Counted from the stretch's first letter, positions 27,563 through 43,193 are shown. The stretch: DNA of 64,000 nucleotides from Octopus sinensis (GCF_006345805.1 NC_043003.1:54064001-54128000), one strand, 5' to 3'. Numbers and translations: made by a program. The notes: a model not told the origin generated them from the sequence alone.

Positions 27563-29994
27563 AATTGATGGTGTCTATGCTTCAAGAATGTTTTCTGTTT
27601 GAAATAAGTAGAACATTATTAAAGAGCATACATCAATTATTAAGTATGTCGAAATTTACCTAAAATATAATTAAAATATGATATAATTGCGTTTCAAAAC
27701 TTAACACTTACTGCTGTCTATCTCGACTTTATATAAACCCTAGGACTATACCATAATTTTAAGAATGTTTGGCTGTTATTTCTAGTTCCCACATAAAAAG
27801 TTGCGATATTGGCTTGAATAGAGTGGAGTTGCGTCAGTTTGTGAAAGAGTGGCTTTTTTCATAAGTATGTAGAAAAGAATACAAATTAGAATAATCATTG
27901 ATATATATATATATACGTAAAAGAAAATAAAATGTAAGTATATACATGCATGCATAATATATATATATATATATATATGCACGCGTACATGATTTAAACA
28001 CCTACCTTTTATTGCACGCACATGTGTTTTTTACAATAGAAAGTACTGAGCTAGATACATGCTTTGCTGTAGGTGGAATGGTATTTGAATATACAATAAA
28101 TAACCGAAATAATAATCTAAAACGGAGAATAGACTACTTAGGTTGCAAAAATACAGTAAGAAGAAGAAATAGAAGACAGAAAAGGAGATAAAAGAAGTGC
28201 TTCTATAATGATAAGGAAATATGAAAATAAAATATGCAACACGATATGGTAACATGAAATAGAAAAAAAATACAGAAAACGTGACATAGAGTTCTTATAA
28301 CTGAGAATATCCGCCCCAAATAAGAAATTAAAGCATATAGAGATCGAGGAAAAAGATATTACTAAAACCATATTTTCGAAAATAATCCTAAATTATATAG
28401 AAATATTATATCCGGTTGTTGCAAACCAGAAAGGAAAGAACTAGGTAGATAAGTCACTGAAGTAAAATTATTGTTATACGGGAAGAAGATAAAACAAAAA
28501 TAATAATTAGGTTAGAAAGAAAGAGTAAAGGCCAAGAAAAAAGTTCTCTCTATAGCAATGCTGTATAATAAACGATGTAAAATGCTCACTAGGTTGCTTT
28601 GGTAATTGGAATATCATGTATCATTATAGGATCTTGTGTAGTATACCACAACACATCTAGATAAAGGTTGTTTCCAACAAATCTTCTGTATATTCCTGAA
28701 CAAATAACTAAGTAGCTTAGAGACGGAAGCGGCATGATGAAGTCCACAAAAAAGTCACATCTTGTCCTTGTTAACTATTTTAGCATCATTTGCTTTCTTA
28801 GTTTTACCACTATAAACTGCTTACCTGGTTGTATTTTTTTTCGTTAAGAGAATTTATTTGAATAAAATAGTATAACAATGTTGACTTGCAGATTTATACA
28901 GGACATTTAATGCATCTGTGTCTTTGGTAAGTCAGCATAATCATTAGACCGCTAGACATAATGTATTGTGGATTATAGTTCTAGACCTTTACGATGTGCG
29001 TTCAAATCTCGTTGAGGACAAACTTGCTTTTTATCATTCAAAAGCCTTCTGCTTGTGTTAGAAATCTACTTGTCCATAATGAATTGGTATAAAATCCTAC
29101 CAGCAGCAGCTTAAGCTTTTATCCTTTCAAGATCAATAAAATACTAGACAAATACTTTGGTCAATTTAATCAATTCAAAGTTCGGATTTCGTGTCAATGC
29201 TAAAATAATATATTATAAGGATAGTAGATTGTCAGTGTCATTAAGTGCCGTACAAAGGTCTTTTTACATTCTGAGTTCAAATCCTGCCAAAAGTCGATTA
29301 TACCTTACATATTTTCCGGTTTCAGAAAAATTATGTGCTAGGGTCGATAAAATCAAATATCTCTGTCCTCCAAATTTCAGGTTTCGTACATATTTAGAGA
29401 TTATTATATGGCTCTGGATAATGGTGGAGGTTAAGTTGAATAACTGTCAGAACCAATACCTGTGATATTTAGTTTCTCGGCGTTCTAAGTTCGAATCAAA
29501 CCGAAGTTTACTATAAAGTTTATACATTTTCCAGAATCCATAAAAATATATTCCAACCTAGTACCGGGGTCGAAATAAACGTTTGTACCCGCCCCGCAAG
29601 ATTTGAGACCTTGTACCTGGGGAATCAACCATTACTGTGGCCATATGGTGCTGAAATGCATTTCAGTCTATGGCGGAAAAAGTCCCTAAAGTTGATGACT
29701 GTGCATGTTAACGTTTATTTATAAGTAATTTTTAATCTCTAAAAAAAGTACATTATTGGTTTTACTTGAAAAAAGATGTCGCCAATATACTCTGTTAATT
29801 CTCTGCAACCTTTCTTTATGACATTTATATCTCATGCAGGAAAATAATGTTGCTTTTCTGGCAGAGTATGAAGGCATTGTGTGAGCGGGATCTCAAACGT
29901 CTGAGGCAAACTAGTAAGTTCTGTCTCAAGTCCTGGGACTCTTAAGGCCGGTTACTCAGTTTACGTGGTGTATAAGCGATGGAAATCACGACAT

Positions 29995-30170
29995 TCTCCC
30001 TGAATGGGGAGCCAGTCCGTAGCAGGCTTACACATTTACAGCTGAGTGGATTGGAGTAACATGTCACTAATTGTTTTTTCTCAAGAACATAGCCCAACAT
30101 CTGATTTGGGAATCGAAACCATGATCTTCCGATCGGGAGTGAATCTCATTAACCACGAAGCTACATGCCA
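29995..30170 (-). mobile_element. Old tRNA-derived SINE, family D (related relics near 660-820, 11770-11880 and 22250-22380)
   Basis: CAGCTGAGTGGA.TGGAG..ACATG...TCAAGAACA...GGGAATCGAAACC...TAACCAC pattern (reverse B and A boxes) recurs in the window. Confidence 0.6.
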
Positions 30171-33100
30171 AGCTAAGCAAAGCAAGTCAAAAATTCGAAA
30201 TACATAATGGCAGCTCTCCCTGACGACTGTAAAACATTTTACAAAAGAGCGTCTTCTTGTGCTAGAAATAACAGCCAGATGTTTCTCAAATCGCAGCATG
30301 TTTTTAAAAATAGAAACATTTTGTAGTTTAGAGTGCTTTTGATCATAAGGTCAGCTAGAAAAGAGCTGACCTTCAGCTGAACAGCGAAAACAATAAGCAG
30401 GAACATATTTGTCTGGATATTTGTCAAGGTTAGAGTATTCGCTGTGTTCGGTTTGACTTGTTATGACAGGAGACAATTAAAAGTGACTTTGTTCTTGTCT
30501 ATAAACGACTATCTCTGCCTGCACAGACGACATTGACTTGAGTGTTGAGAATGGCTTTTGAAAGACATTTAGCTCTACTCAAGGATTTACGAAGTATTTG
30601 GCATCGTGCAATTCGTTGTCAATATGACACGATATGACACGTAAGAAACAAGACAAAATATTTGCAATTTTATGGAAAGGAAATAACAGAATAACGTAAA
30701 TATGCGCCTTACATCTTCTCTACACGTTAACGAAAGTAAAAATGTGGTGTACACAATGTATGTAACTGTTTATGAGAATTTTCAGAACAATAATATACCT
30801 AGGATGTTATTTGAAAAGTAATGCAAAGATTGGAGACCTCATATTCTTGTAAAATAATAATAATAATAATAATAATGGACTGGATTTTTACAGTTTTTTT
30901 TAGGCATATATATTAAGACAAATTTGATTCTCAACCTCCAAAAGGCGGTAGAACCGCAAAAAAAAAAAACAGAAAAAGGAACAGGTCTTTGAGAGAACCG
31001 TTAAACAGAGGAGATTATTAATTAAATCAGCACGTTAACTTTAAAAATAGCTTTAAAATTAGCATGTTATCTTAACAAGCAGTATATAACCTTAAAAATC
31101 AATCAGGATATTATCTATGAAATCAAACGTTTTCTTCTAAAAAGTCATCTGGATTCCCAGTTAAAATCTTTTGTGTGTCGCTAAAATAAGCACAAGTCAT
31201 ATACTTAGCATGACACAAAGGATCCAGTCTCCGTTCACTTACAAATAAGGTGAATTTTCTTGCCCAGGGTTACTTAAGCTGCAAAAAATGGCTGACAAAA
31301 GTCCCCAAATCAGGCCCTTTTGTCGTAAGAAATGAAGGACACATCAAATAATAAAAATAGGTTAGTCGCGGTCGAAACTTTTCGGATCAGCGGTAACGAC
31401 ATAAGAGTTAAAGTAGAGCCATACAAAACGAAAAGAAAGAAGCCTAAAGCAAATATTGACTGGGACATCGAAACTTTACCGATGTTCTACTTCGTCTGGC
31501 TGCGAGCACTGTTGTAGTCTTATGCAATTGTAAATAAAAGTACACGTTGATAAGTGTGTTCATTTTAGAGTATGCATGCTTATTATTCAAAGGACTATGT
31601 GTACAGTTTGTTTAGAGAAATAAGTGTATTAAAGATTATTCATATTTACCACTTGTTTTAATCCTCTAAGAACCTAACCTAACGAGGCAAATGAGTCGTT
31701 TCGGTTATAAACACTGTAATATAAAGAACTTTGATTTTCTTTTAACTTATAAATTCAGCAGCAACTCGACTTTGGCTTAATATTTTATCCAGTCACTCTT
31801 AACTCAAGTTTCATCTATCCTCCAACCAACAAAGTTTCTTCTTTCACTTTTACAAAATGTATATATACCGCAATAGGTGGTAATACACAGTATATATTTT
31901 CCAATTTAATTTTACTCTCTTATAAAAAATTCTACTGTTGTTTACCTCAGTCAACCCTCCTACAGGAAACTAACTACAATCCACAGCTAACAGTTTCTCC
32001 AAGATAACAATCAATGATGTCTATAGCACAGCCTGCATTTTAAGAAAAGAATGGTATTATTCCTTTATGTTACTATGATGGTAACTTCGAATTTTGTGTG
32101 CTATTCTTGGATTCCAATGCCATTTGTTCGATTAATGTGAATTAATGAGAATATTATTGTGTATATCTTTGTTTGCTCCCGAAGGGTTAAAATGTTTGTG
32201 TAATAGATTAATGTTAACATTCGTGTCTGTGAATAAGCATGTGCATTCGTACTTGCTGTATACATACAATGATACTTCTGAGAGTCGATGAGTCGACTTA
32301 TCAATTAGGAAGGAAAAGGGAAATGTTTTCTATTGTTTGTTTTTGAAAACAACGAGTGACTGGAGGAGAATAATTAATCTGATTTCTTGAATTACTCTAT
32401 GTACATTTATTTAGATACAAGAATTTTGCTTAGGGAACGATTGTCACTTTGACGTCAGTACTAGTTCTGTCGCGAAATTTTATTCGAAACCAAAAGAAAA
32501 GGACACTTTTTTGTTGGAATGGTGCTATGATATGCAAGTTGAAACCTGCGTATATGAAAGCACGAGGAGATTCAAATGTGTATCTTCAACGTCTTATTTT
32601 CGACTTTTATTCAAATTTACTTTATACCATACTAACTTGGTTCTTCCCACCTCCCTCCTTCAATTTTTTTACACTCTTCTATTCCTTCTTCACATTATAT
32701 CTTACCCTTGTTGTACGGTCGTCACTCTGTGTTTAACACCTCTCCTTGGTTCCTCCCTGGCAATATGTAAAAACATCTACGTTACTCCCTTACCTTATTT
32801 TCTTTATCGTTCGTAATCTTACAACTAAGACGACATACTGATTTTCCTCCTCTTGGATGAAATGGAACTTCAGAAACGTCGGAATGTTTCACTCCTCACG
32901 AGAAATCAATTGAACGAACTTTTTCGAGCTTTTTAAACAAGTTCTTTCCTGCCCCTCACTCCCCCCTCTTCCTCTCTCATTTACACACACACACATACAC
33001 ACACACTCATTTACACACACATACACACAAGCAGTTACACTGACACTTCTAGTTGAAGTACTAGCTTTAATATGATAGAAAACATTTCATATTTTTGCAA

Positions 33101-33749
33101 AATGTAGTACGAATATAAACTGAAGTCATACGCACTTCTACCATACAGAATTTGCGAACGTATAATCATAGGAATGGACTTGGACGCAACATCAGATTGT
33201 TTCATTCTCCGACCCTACTCCTTATATATACATCCCCCATGCAGCATAACACACTATATGCTCTACGCACAATTATCCAACAGTTATATTACAGCAACGA
33301 TATGGCCAATTTGGAATTCCACAATACAGATGATGTTCAATCATACCACATCTACAGTATTCAATTGGGAAGCAAGTGTAAGCATTTATTGCATACAAAA
33401 GATACAAGCAGAAATACATGTAGTACAGATGCACTGGTGTTACTGTTATTCTAATAATTCAAATATAATTTCATAATTCTGGTACACGCAAGGGATGCAA
33501 CCAATACTTCAGTCTCTTACTGATTATTTCCCCTCTTATATTTTCTTCCTTTGTCGCTAGTTCATGGTTGTGTACATGTCGCATTATCTGTAATCTCACG
33601 AAATCTCATGTCGCATCTCGCCAGTTAAAATGGCGTCTTCGTCACACATTATGCATAATCCGATTGAATAACTGCGACTTTATTCGCAGGAAATATGGCA
33701 TTAGATTATTAAATTATATTACAAGAAATTATATATCCACCGATCCATT

Positions 33750-33774
33750 GCATGTGTATGTGTATATATATATA

Positions 33775-33821
<47 letters not shown>

Positions 33822-33900
33822 TGGTAAAAACGGTAAGATAAAGAAAAAGACCTCAATATTATGTAAATATATATATATGTATATATATACATATATAATG

Positions 33901-33948
<48 letters not shown>

Positions 33949-34012
33949 TACATACACATATCTATACAAATATATGTGTATGTTGTGGGGTGTAAAACAA
34001 ATTGAATATAAA

Positions 34013-34043
<31 letters not shown>

Positions 34044-34737
34044 TAATATATATATATATATATATAATATGCACACACACCAGTATATTTGTGTATGTAA
34101 GTATGCATATATGAACATATATATGTATATGTGTGTGTGTAACCACACACATATATGTATTTAAATGCGTGTGTGTGTGTGTGTGCGTGAGCGTATGCGT
34201 GTATGTGTACAACAGCTTGACAACGCTTGAAAGATACTGAGATAAATTTATAGCAACACAAGAGCAAGTAAAGACACAAATAAAATGCTACCAGGACAAG
34301 CAGGCAAACATTCACATATACATCCTCTAAGAGCCATTCACATACGTTTGCAAGTATACTCAATATATGTACAGTGTCGCACACAAATGAACATACACAC
34401 ACATACACGTATACACAAGCACGCGTTTGGAAGTAGGTTTGCCTGATCAGCAATAGAATGAATGGGAGAAGAAACTGTGTCTTTGAATTTAATTCGTGGT
34501 TCATGACAAGGATTGGACTATTAGCGAAATTAGAAAAAAAGAAAAGAAAAGAAAACGGTGTAAAAAGTCAAAATAAAGTTTTTTTTCAAGATTCTTTCTT
34601 TTCCTTGCTTCCCCTCTGTCTGACCTTCTCTCCGTATTATATATATATATGTATATCAATTTCATTTTACCCGTCTCTTTTATTCTTCCTTGGTACACAC
34701 GTGTAAGCACGTACAATCATATATATATATATTATAT

Positions 34738-34779
<42 letters not shown>

Positions 34780-35005
34780 GTATATATATGTAAATAAATG
34801 TATATATGTATATATATGTATATATGTATAATATATGTATATATATGTATATATATATATTATGTATATATATATATATATATATATATGAATATGTATA
34901 TATATATATGTGTATGTATATATATATGTATATATATATATATATGAATATGTATATATGTATGTGTGTCTATATATATATATATATGAATATGTATTAT
35001 ATGTA

Positions 35006-35037
<32 letters not shown>

Positions 35038-35160
35038 AATGTATAAGTATGTATATATATATATATATACACACATATATATATACATATATATATATAC
35101 ATATATATAATATATATACATACTTATGCATTTATATATATATATACATATACATGCGGG
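33750..35160. repeat. Dense (TA)n/(TG)n compound microsatellite block
   Basis: Direct inspection. Confidence 0.9.
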
Positions 35161-35821
35161 AAGCTACTTTTTCTATTATTTGTTGTAGTAGTACGAGTAG
35201 TAAAAAGAGGTTGAATAATAATGACATGTTAAAGTAAAAGAAGAGGATGAGGAACAGGAGGAGAAAAAGTTAAAATGAGAAACAGATAAGAAAATTAAGA
35301 AAACGAGAAGGAAATATCAAACAATATGGCGAGAGAGAAGAGAATAATGTTTTGGAGAGTAGGGGGAGATAATACATAACAGTAGACCAAAGAAAGATGT
35401 TAATGACGAAGAAGTAGGGGTAGTAGGAAAAGCAGAGGTGGGGTAGGCGTGTGTAAAGAAGGAAGGGAATAAAGATTTATGATAAGGAGACGTAACAATA
35501 TAATGAAAAGAAATTAGACGAGGAAAAAATTGAGAAAATAGTAAAAATATTTGAAACGTAAAGGTTAGGTAGATATGAAAAAAAATGGAGACGTGAATTA
35601 TGTGATAAATAAGACTGGAAATCATGTTAAAGACAGATGAAGGAAAAGGAAGGAGTAATCCCACACTCAGATTATACAACGCATCACCACTGCACTCCAC
35701 CCGAGAATATCCATTTGTTCACGTTCATTCATGTTCATTCACAGTATTCCTACAATGTGTTCCTATATATTTTGAATATATATATGGCTGAAACAATAAA
35801 TACCCATCCATCCATCCATCC

Positions 35822-35907
<86 letters not shown>

Positions 35908-35954
35908 GTATTTGCGTGTGTATGTTGATGTATTAATTTATACATGTATTTATG

Positions 35955-35997
<43 letters not shown>

Positions 35998-36171
35998 AGA
36001 TATGTGTGCGTATGTGTGAGTGTATGTATGTGTGTGGATGCGTATGTTGTTGTGTATGCACTATAGTTATCATGCATAAATGTAGGGGGAATTTAGCACC
36101 AGGAAAAGAAGAATTAGGAAAAGGAAAAGGAACTGCCAGTAGAAGGAGGAACAAAAAAGAGAATTAGAAAA

Positions 36172-36179
36172 TAGTAATG

Positions 36180-36210
<31 letters not shown>

Positions 36211-36380
36211 CAACAACAACAACAGCAACAATAATGATGATGATGATGGCTATGGGGAAGAGGATGAGGATGATGACGACGGTGGTGGTGGTGGTGGTGA
36301 TGTTGAGGATGATAATGATGATGTTGATGATGGTGGTGATGATAAAGATGGTGATGATGGTGATGACGACGATGATGATT
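36172..36380. repeat. Compound trinucleotide array (AAT/AAC/GAT/GGT)
   Basis: Direct inspection. Source of poly-His/Tyr/Met spurious ORFs. Confidence 0.9.
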
Positions 36381-38027
36381 ACTAGAGAATGAAGAGAAAT
36401 TACAAATGACTAAAAAAGAATAGAAAATATTCAATATTGAAGAAAACTCTAGAAGTACGATAATGATAAGTAGAAAGAAAAATGAAAATACCGAAAAGAA
36501 GTTATACTCGAACAAGAAGATGGAGAAGGGCAACGATGAGGAGACGTTGGTAGAGGAGTAGGAAGAGAAGAAGAAAGAGAAAAAGAAGATGGAAAAGAGA
36601 AACAAAGATGGAAACTAAAAAGCGACCCCTATTTCTACCGATCTAAACCAACATACAAACACACACCGTAGAAATAAATAAATATGGAGAAACTTAGTAG
36701 GTATGTCTGGAGGAGGAAGAATATGAAGAATGAAAACTAATGAGAAAGAATAACAATGGGAAGAAAAAGAAGAGGAGAATAATAACGGATAATGATAAAA
36801 TAGAAAGCTGAAAGTTGATAAAGAAGTAGAGAAAAGGAAGAAAATAAAGAAGAGGGGAAAAGACGAAGAATATTTTTTAAAATAGAGCAAAAGAAAGTAC
36901 GGGAGAATTAAGAGAAGCAGAATGAAAGAAATTGAGAAATTATGGGAGCAAGAACGAGTGGAACGTCATGAAGAGAGGAGGTGAATGAGAAATGAAAAAT
37001 AAATAAATAAATTAAAGAAAAAAAGTAAGTTAAACAAAAGAAAACATGGTTGTTATGAGACAATGGCAGTTGGTCATTTTGTCTGGAATTTCGCATGTGG
37101 AATGCACATAAGAATAGTAGAATTTGTCGTTAATAATCACGAACGAATAACGCCATCAACTTCTCTTCACACCCCTAAATTAAAATGGTGTATGAGGGGG
37201 GTATATTGTCGACACTAAAAATTCATCTATCATTGAATAATATAAAATGCGGTTTTGTTCAATTTTTCTGATTATTTCTGCGGTTTTTCTCTTTTGTATT
37301 TGTGTTGTTTGTGCATGAAGCTAGCTTGTGGCTGTTCGTTTGATAGTGTGCATGAATTTATCTTTACGCGTTTGTGCGTATGGGTATATAATTGTATTTG
37401 TGTGAATATAATTGTGTGCGTGTGTGTGAGTATATATGCTTCTAGATCGTTCTCGTCTGTAGAGACGCCTAAGTAATACAATATGTTGAAACCTCGCCTA
37501 AATTAAATTGCGGAATTGGAAATAAAGTAAATTGGTGTTTGTAACGAACACACAGAATGAGCGCATGCATATATATATCGTGGACGTATGCAAATCCATA
37601 TATTTGCATTCTTATGTATATATGCATACACGTACAGAGTTGCATACTAACATATATGCAAGTATATATATATATATATATATATATGGATATGTGTATA
37701 CACATGTGTATGTGTATATATGTGTATATATATATGCATGTATGTGTGTGTTTATATATGTATATATATATATGTAGATATATTTGCGTTTGCATATGTA
37801 TATATGTTATATATATTTATATATATGTATATATATTTGCGTATGCATATGTATATATGTATGTATACGTATAAACAGCACGCAAACACGCACACAAACA
37901 AGCGTTACATACGAAACACACCAGCAGATAAGACACATGTACAGATATATACACGTATCTACGAATATATAAGTGCCTGCGTGTATGTGTGTTTGTATAT
38001 ATATATATATTCTTTTATTCATTCTTT

Positions 38028-38400
38028 ACTTTTCTCAGTCATTTGACTGCGGCCATGCTGGAGCACCGCCTTTAGTCGAAAAAATCAACTCTAGGACTTA
38101 TTTCTTTCAGCCTAGTACTTATTCTATCGATCTCTTGTGTCAAACTGCTAAGGTACGGCGACATAAACACACCAGCATCGGTTTCAATCGATGGTCAGGG
38201 GGTCAAACACACAGACACAAACATATATACACACACACATATATATATACACACACACACACACACACTCACACATATACAACGGTTCCCGTCTACCAAA
38301 TCCACTCACAAAGCTTTGGTCGGCTCGAGTTTATAATAGAAAACACTTGGCCAAAGTGCCACGCAGTGTGACTGAACCCAGAACCATGTGGTTGGAAAGT
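38028..38400 (-). mobile_element. SINE family B
   Basis: CAGTCATTTGACTGCGGCCATGCTGGAGCACCGCC tail and GACTGAACCCAGAACCATGTGG head. Matches 4066-4575. Confidence 0.9.
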
Positions 38401-39659
38401 GCGTATATAATCGCGTCCATGTGTGTATGTGTGTGTGTATGTGTGTGTATGTGTGTGTGTGTGCGCTTGTGTGTTATGTGAAAGGGAGAGGGAAAGAAAG
38501 AGCGGGAGACTGACTGAGTACATTTGGTTGACAAAAATCACTTCAAATAATCACTATATTCAAGAACACACACATACACACCCACACAGATTACTGGACC
38601 GCTGAGCGTATTTCTGCCATCGAGCAGGCTCTGTAATAAGTTTACCAATTCGTGTTAGCAGTGGGAATCGAACAAGAGACAACTCAGAATCTTCTACATT
38701 AAATATGCCAGTGACAGTCAAGCCACGAGATATTAAAATTCGTGAAATTTCATTGACGTTCGTCATATCCCATATTCTCCATTTTATATTCATTCACAAA
38801 GAGAGCGAAGGCAATATTTGGAACTGTAAATATAGTTATTCGTCAAAATACATTAAGAAAATGAATTCTGAAGTTGTTTGCTTCGAGAGTGCTGGAACTG
38901 TTTTTTTGACCCGACTACACTCACCCAACACAAGCACATACATATGCACACGCACTCATACACACATATACACTCACACATATATACATGCATACATACA
39001 CAGTTTTAAAACATTAGTTTTATCAAGCGCTGTCCTAGCTACTTCGGGGTTCATTTTCTTAATGTATTTTGAACGAATAACTATATTTACAGTTCCAAAT
39101 ATTGCTTTTACACTGTTTTTCAATGTACTCTTATAAGTTAACTGCCATTGAATATGGTCGAGACGAACATCTATAAAGTTTTAACAAATCTTAATATCTC
39201 GTGACTTGAATATTACTTGTATATTTATTCTGGATAAATTACGTCCAGCGTAATTCACTTCCGGCTGTTGTGCAATTAGTTGAACTGTTTACAGGGCCAG
39301 TCTAATCGTAGAAATAAACTTTTCTGTTCTGTGATATTCACATTCATTTATATATATTTATGCATCGAACTGTATTTTGATCAGTTAGAAAACGCACACA
39401 CACACTCACACATACACACACAAACACATCCTTGGCTTCACAAGCACAAAGGCGGACAGGAATATATAGCAGAAATCAACTCATTAATGAATATGACCAT
39501 TGTTTTTTAAGGAGTTACAAAGGGAAGATTAGTTTTGTCTTTATCTGATTTAATATTCTGCAGATTTTGACATCATCTATCACATAAACATCATCTCAGT
39601 TAAATACAATGGCGTTTTTGTATTGTGTACAGATATTTCTCTTGAAGTGTCTTTTCACA

Positions 39660-40270
39660 TGACTAGATAGACAATCCCGCCCACTATTCCTGGGAAGATC
39701 TCGGGGGTTGAGTCGTCAGGCACCTCCTCCATAGGGTCCTATGAGAATCAGTCGTCATGACAATTTCCGGCTGAATTCCTCAATCATGACAAACTGAGAC
39801 TATGATTATTACTCAATTATCTCGTTCTTGGTCTACCCCAAGGTACCCTGGCGTTTGGCTCGGATCGAAGAATCCGTCTTGTGATTCTTTCCTGCGACAA
39901 TTCAGTCACTTGTTCGTATGTAGGAGCTGCAAACACACGATGTCAAGAAGCAGCGGCTCCACCAGCAGAGACTCCCTGATCTCCGAGCTACGTACCGTGT
40001 CGAATGAGGTTACATTGGAGATCTTTCGGAAGGACTCCATTTCGACAGCCTTGTTCGCGATCGTAATCCTTTCCTCGTTATCCAACATTTATGACCGTAG
40101 GTGAGGAAAGGTACGAAAACCAAATTGAAAATAGAAAACTTGGCTTTGTTGTCCGCCTCTCCTCTTCTGAGGATCGAATGCCGAAGCTGTTGCATTACAG
40201 TGCAAGCATTTGCAACTCTAGCACCCTATTCAGCTTCGTAAGTACAGCTTCGAGATACTTAAACTTCCCT
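39660..40270 (-). mobile_element. RTE-clade LINE 3' fragment
   Basis: KFKYL, KFSIFNLVFVPFLTYGH.CW, AVEM..FRKISNVT.FD.VRSSEIRESL.VEPLL and GRPRTR motifs. Confidence 0.85.
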
Positions 40271-40399
40271 TCAGTGATGTTCTTGTAACACGATTCTCTG
40301 ATATATGTTCTTTCAGCTGGCGAAGATTTATTGTTTGCTTTCTCTGGTTTGTGTACCCTCAAGTGGTCAATATGTCTTAAATGAAATCAAAATGAATTA

Positions 40400-41170
40400 T
40401 TAAAATATCTATGACTTCCTTTCGATGCGTCTCGTTTGAATTTTTTGTGTTTGTTGCGGTTCTTTTCAAAGTACATGAAGACATTAAAAATATTATTTCT
40501 CTATAATGCGCCATCAATTGCGTACATTTCTCCACTTTCAGATAATACAGTTCTTGTATTATAATATAATTTTCTAAGAGGTATTTTCCCCGAATATAGT
40601 TTTTTATAAAATAGACGTTTCGGTATTCTTTCATTTTTCATACGAACTACATGGCTTGCCCACCTTAGTCTGTTACATAACAAGTGAATCTCTATACCTT
40701 CAGAATCTACTTACAAAAGGCCTCAGAATAACTCACATAGTCTCTCCAAGATAGATGCAGTATTTGTTGACAACACTATTTGCTGAGAACTGTTTACGGG
40801 ATTATGAATATAACATCCATATTTTGCAATCATAGAGAAAAGCAGATATTATGTATGCTTTGAAAATAGATATTTTAATGTAAACTTACTTTTATCTACC
40901 GCTGGAACCATAGAGGAGACTGCAATTTTGTAAAAGATATCTGCCTTCTATTTGCAATTTCGTCTGTAAGGTTTACAACCCTGTTAAACGCGCTGTCGAG
41001 ATATTTGAAGGCAGATATGAATTTCAATATTTTACATTATACCGTTAGTTTAGGATCCATCTGAAATTTTCCAAGTCAAGGCTCATAAAGAATAACAGTT
41101 TTAAGGTTTATTGTGAGGTTTAACAAGTTGCGTGCGAATGAAGTTTTATTCGTAAGACTTTAAAGATATT
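40400..41170 (-). mobile_element. RTE/BovB-like LINE fragment
   Basis: FKYLDS..DEIANR and RLRWASHVVRMKNERIPKRLFY motifs. Confidence 0.8.
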
Positions 41171-41345
41171 ATTCATTGTATGCGACAATAGTCATCAGCG
41201 TACAAGAGATATCAGATCGAATATTCATCCCTTCCTCCCTCTCTCCTTCCCTCCTTCCCTCTTTCCCCCCTCTATATGTATGTATGTATGTTTTTATGTA
41301 TATATATATATATATAATATATATATATATAATATATATATATAT

Positions 41346-41755
41346 TGACCTTGTCCCAAATTTTGGTATTGAAAGTTACCCCAACAGCAGAACGCGGCGC
41401 CACTGCATGGTGCCAAAGATCCCAACATCACCATCATAATACAGGACCAGTTACTGCAACAGCTTCGGTTTCAGGGGACCACAGCTCTTTAATAACCTTC
41501 CTAAATGCCTGAGAGACCTGCATGGTGTGGATGTGGGTTTCTTTAAAACTAAACTGGATCTCTTCTTGTCAGGGGTTCCACATGAACCTACCTCTCGGCA
41601 GGAAACACAGATGCGGGCAGCTGCGTCGAACTCAGTTGTTGACCAAGTGCCACGTATCAGAAGTGGTTTCACATACTAGTGTAGCTCATTCAACGGTGGT
41701 GTCCCAGCATGGCCGCAGCTTTTGGGCTGAAACGTTTTTAAGGATTTAGGGATTT
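41346..41755 (+). mobile_element. CR1-like LINE 3' end
   Basis: SFGFRGPQLFNNLPKCLRDL..FKTKLDLFLSGVP.EP..RAAASNS*, then a short 3' UTR stem-loop and TTTAAGGA-like terminal repeats. Confidence 0.8.
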
Positions 41756-43193
41756 ATACATACATACACACGATTAGAGTTCTGATTCTGGTCAACCTGT
41801 TAGTCAGAAGAGCGTATGTAAAGTCTCACTTCATTAACATTTTTCAAATCGTGACATAATGCACCTAATGTAACAAGGATTCCATTATTTGATGTTCACT
41901 CAGTTTTGAGGCGGTTATACTCCGTTTTTGTGTTTAGATTTTAAACACAGCATAATAATGTTTTCGTCTACTAATTGCGTGCATCATCTCAAGTCTTAAG
42001 TTTTTTGTACTATTTCTCAACGTTACATATGTCAGATTTCACTGTACAATATACCTCGGATTACATTATCCAATGTCTTCTTATTTTTGAGACGTTAGGA
42101 TTGTGGCTCTTATTTCCAGTAAGCCGAGCGATATCGGAGAAGCACTATTTTTTATTGCCTCTTTTCATTCTTTTGTATTATATTCACTCTTCCTATCCGC
42201 AATATGGCGTAGTCGTTTCTGCTGTGCTATTTTCTTTATATTGTAAATGTGCAGGTGTTTGCGTGTGAAGAATTCTGTAATGCTATTTTCATTGGTTTGT
42301 GGGAGTTATGCTTTCTTTTTTCTATGTGGTCGGTTATTTTGCTTTCTTTTCAGTGTGTTATCTTTTCCTGTGTTTTGTATATTTCTGTTCCTGGGATCTT
42401 ATTGTTTCTTGTTTATTATGAATCTGCATTTCATTCGACAATGTGTTTCAGTTTAGTTCTTTTATATTTCCGTTTATTTCTTCGCCAGATCTCGTATTTC
42501 TCTTTTATGGTGCTAGCGCGTGTTGCTTATAGTATGGCTGTCTAATATAAGTGTAACACTTCTAGGCATTATTCTTTGGGTCATTTTTTTTCCTTCTTGC
42601 TTTCGTTTTAGTTTGATGGACGCTAGCAATAGGAAGCGAGTATGTTTGTTATGAATTGACCTTTTGAGAGGACAATACAGCTGATGTTCAAGTTAAACAT
42701 GCTTTGTAGCGTTATTACATTAAACTTACACTCATAAATCCTGGCTCAGCAACCACTGTTTTGTTGATGATAAAATTGTTGGTCATGATTGCTGTATTGA
42801 TTAGCGTTGATTTTGTTATACGGCGATGCCTTTTCATTGGTTTCTGCTTCCTGTTATTACTTGTCTCTTGTGATCATACCTTATTATTTTGTATAGCGAA
42901 TAGAATAATTTATGCGCATAATCAACTCAATGAATACGTAAATTAATTGTTATATGTAAATACTGAAATTCAGAATAGCACTGCTCTCCGCTTGATTTGA
43001 ATTCCTCTTTTCAGTTACGTTGCTGGATTGCTATCTCTTGCCTTACGGAGATTTATGCTTCATCATCAATTGTTAACATTCAACTAGGAGCTCTTGTTTC
43101 CTATGTATACAAACACACACGCGCACAAATTTATATATAAAGATATGTATATGTCTAAGCATATGTACATATATGTATGGATGCATGGACTAA

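Noticed and set aside
33152-33476. Two overlapping 100-aa ORFs in unique-looking sequence
   Set aside because: No recognisable motif, and nothing favours either frame.
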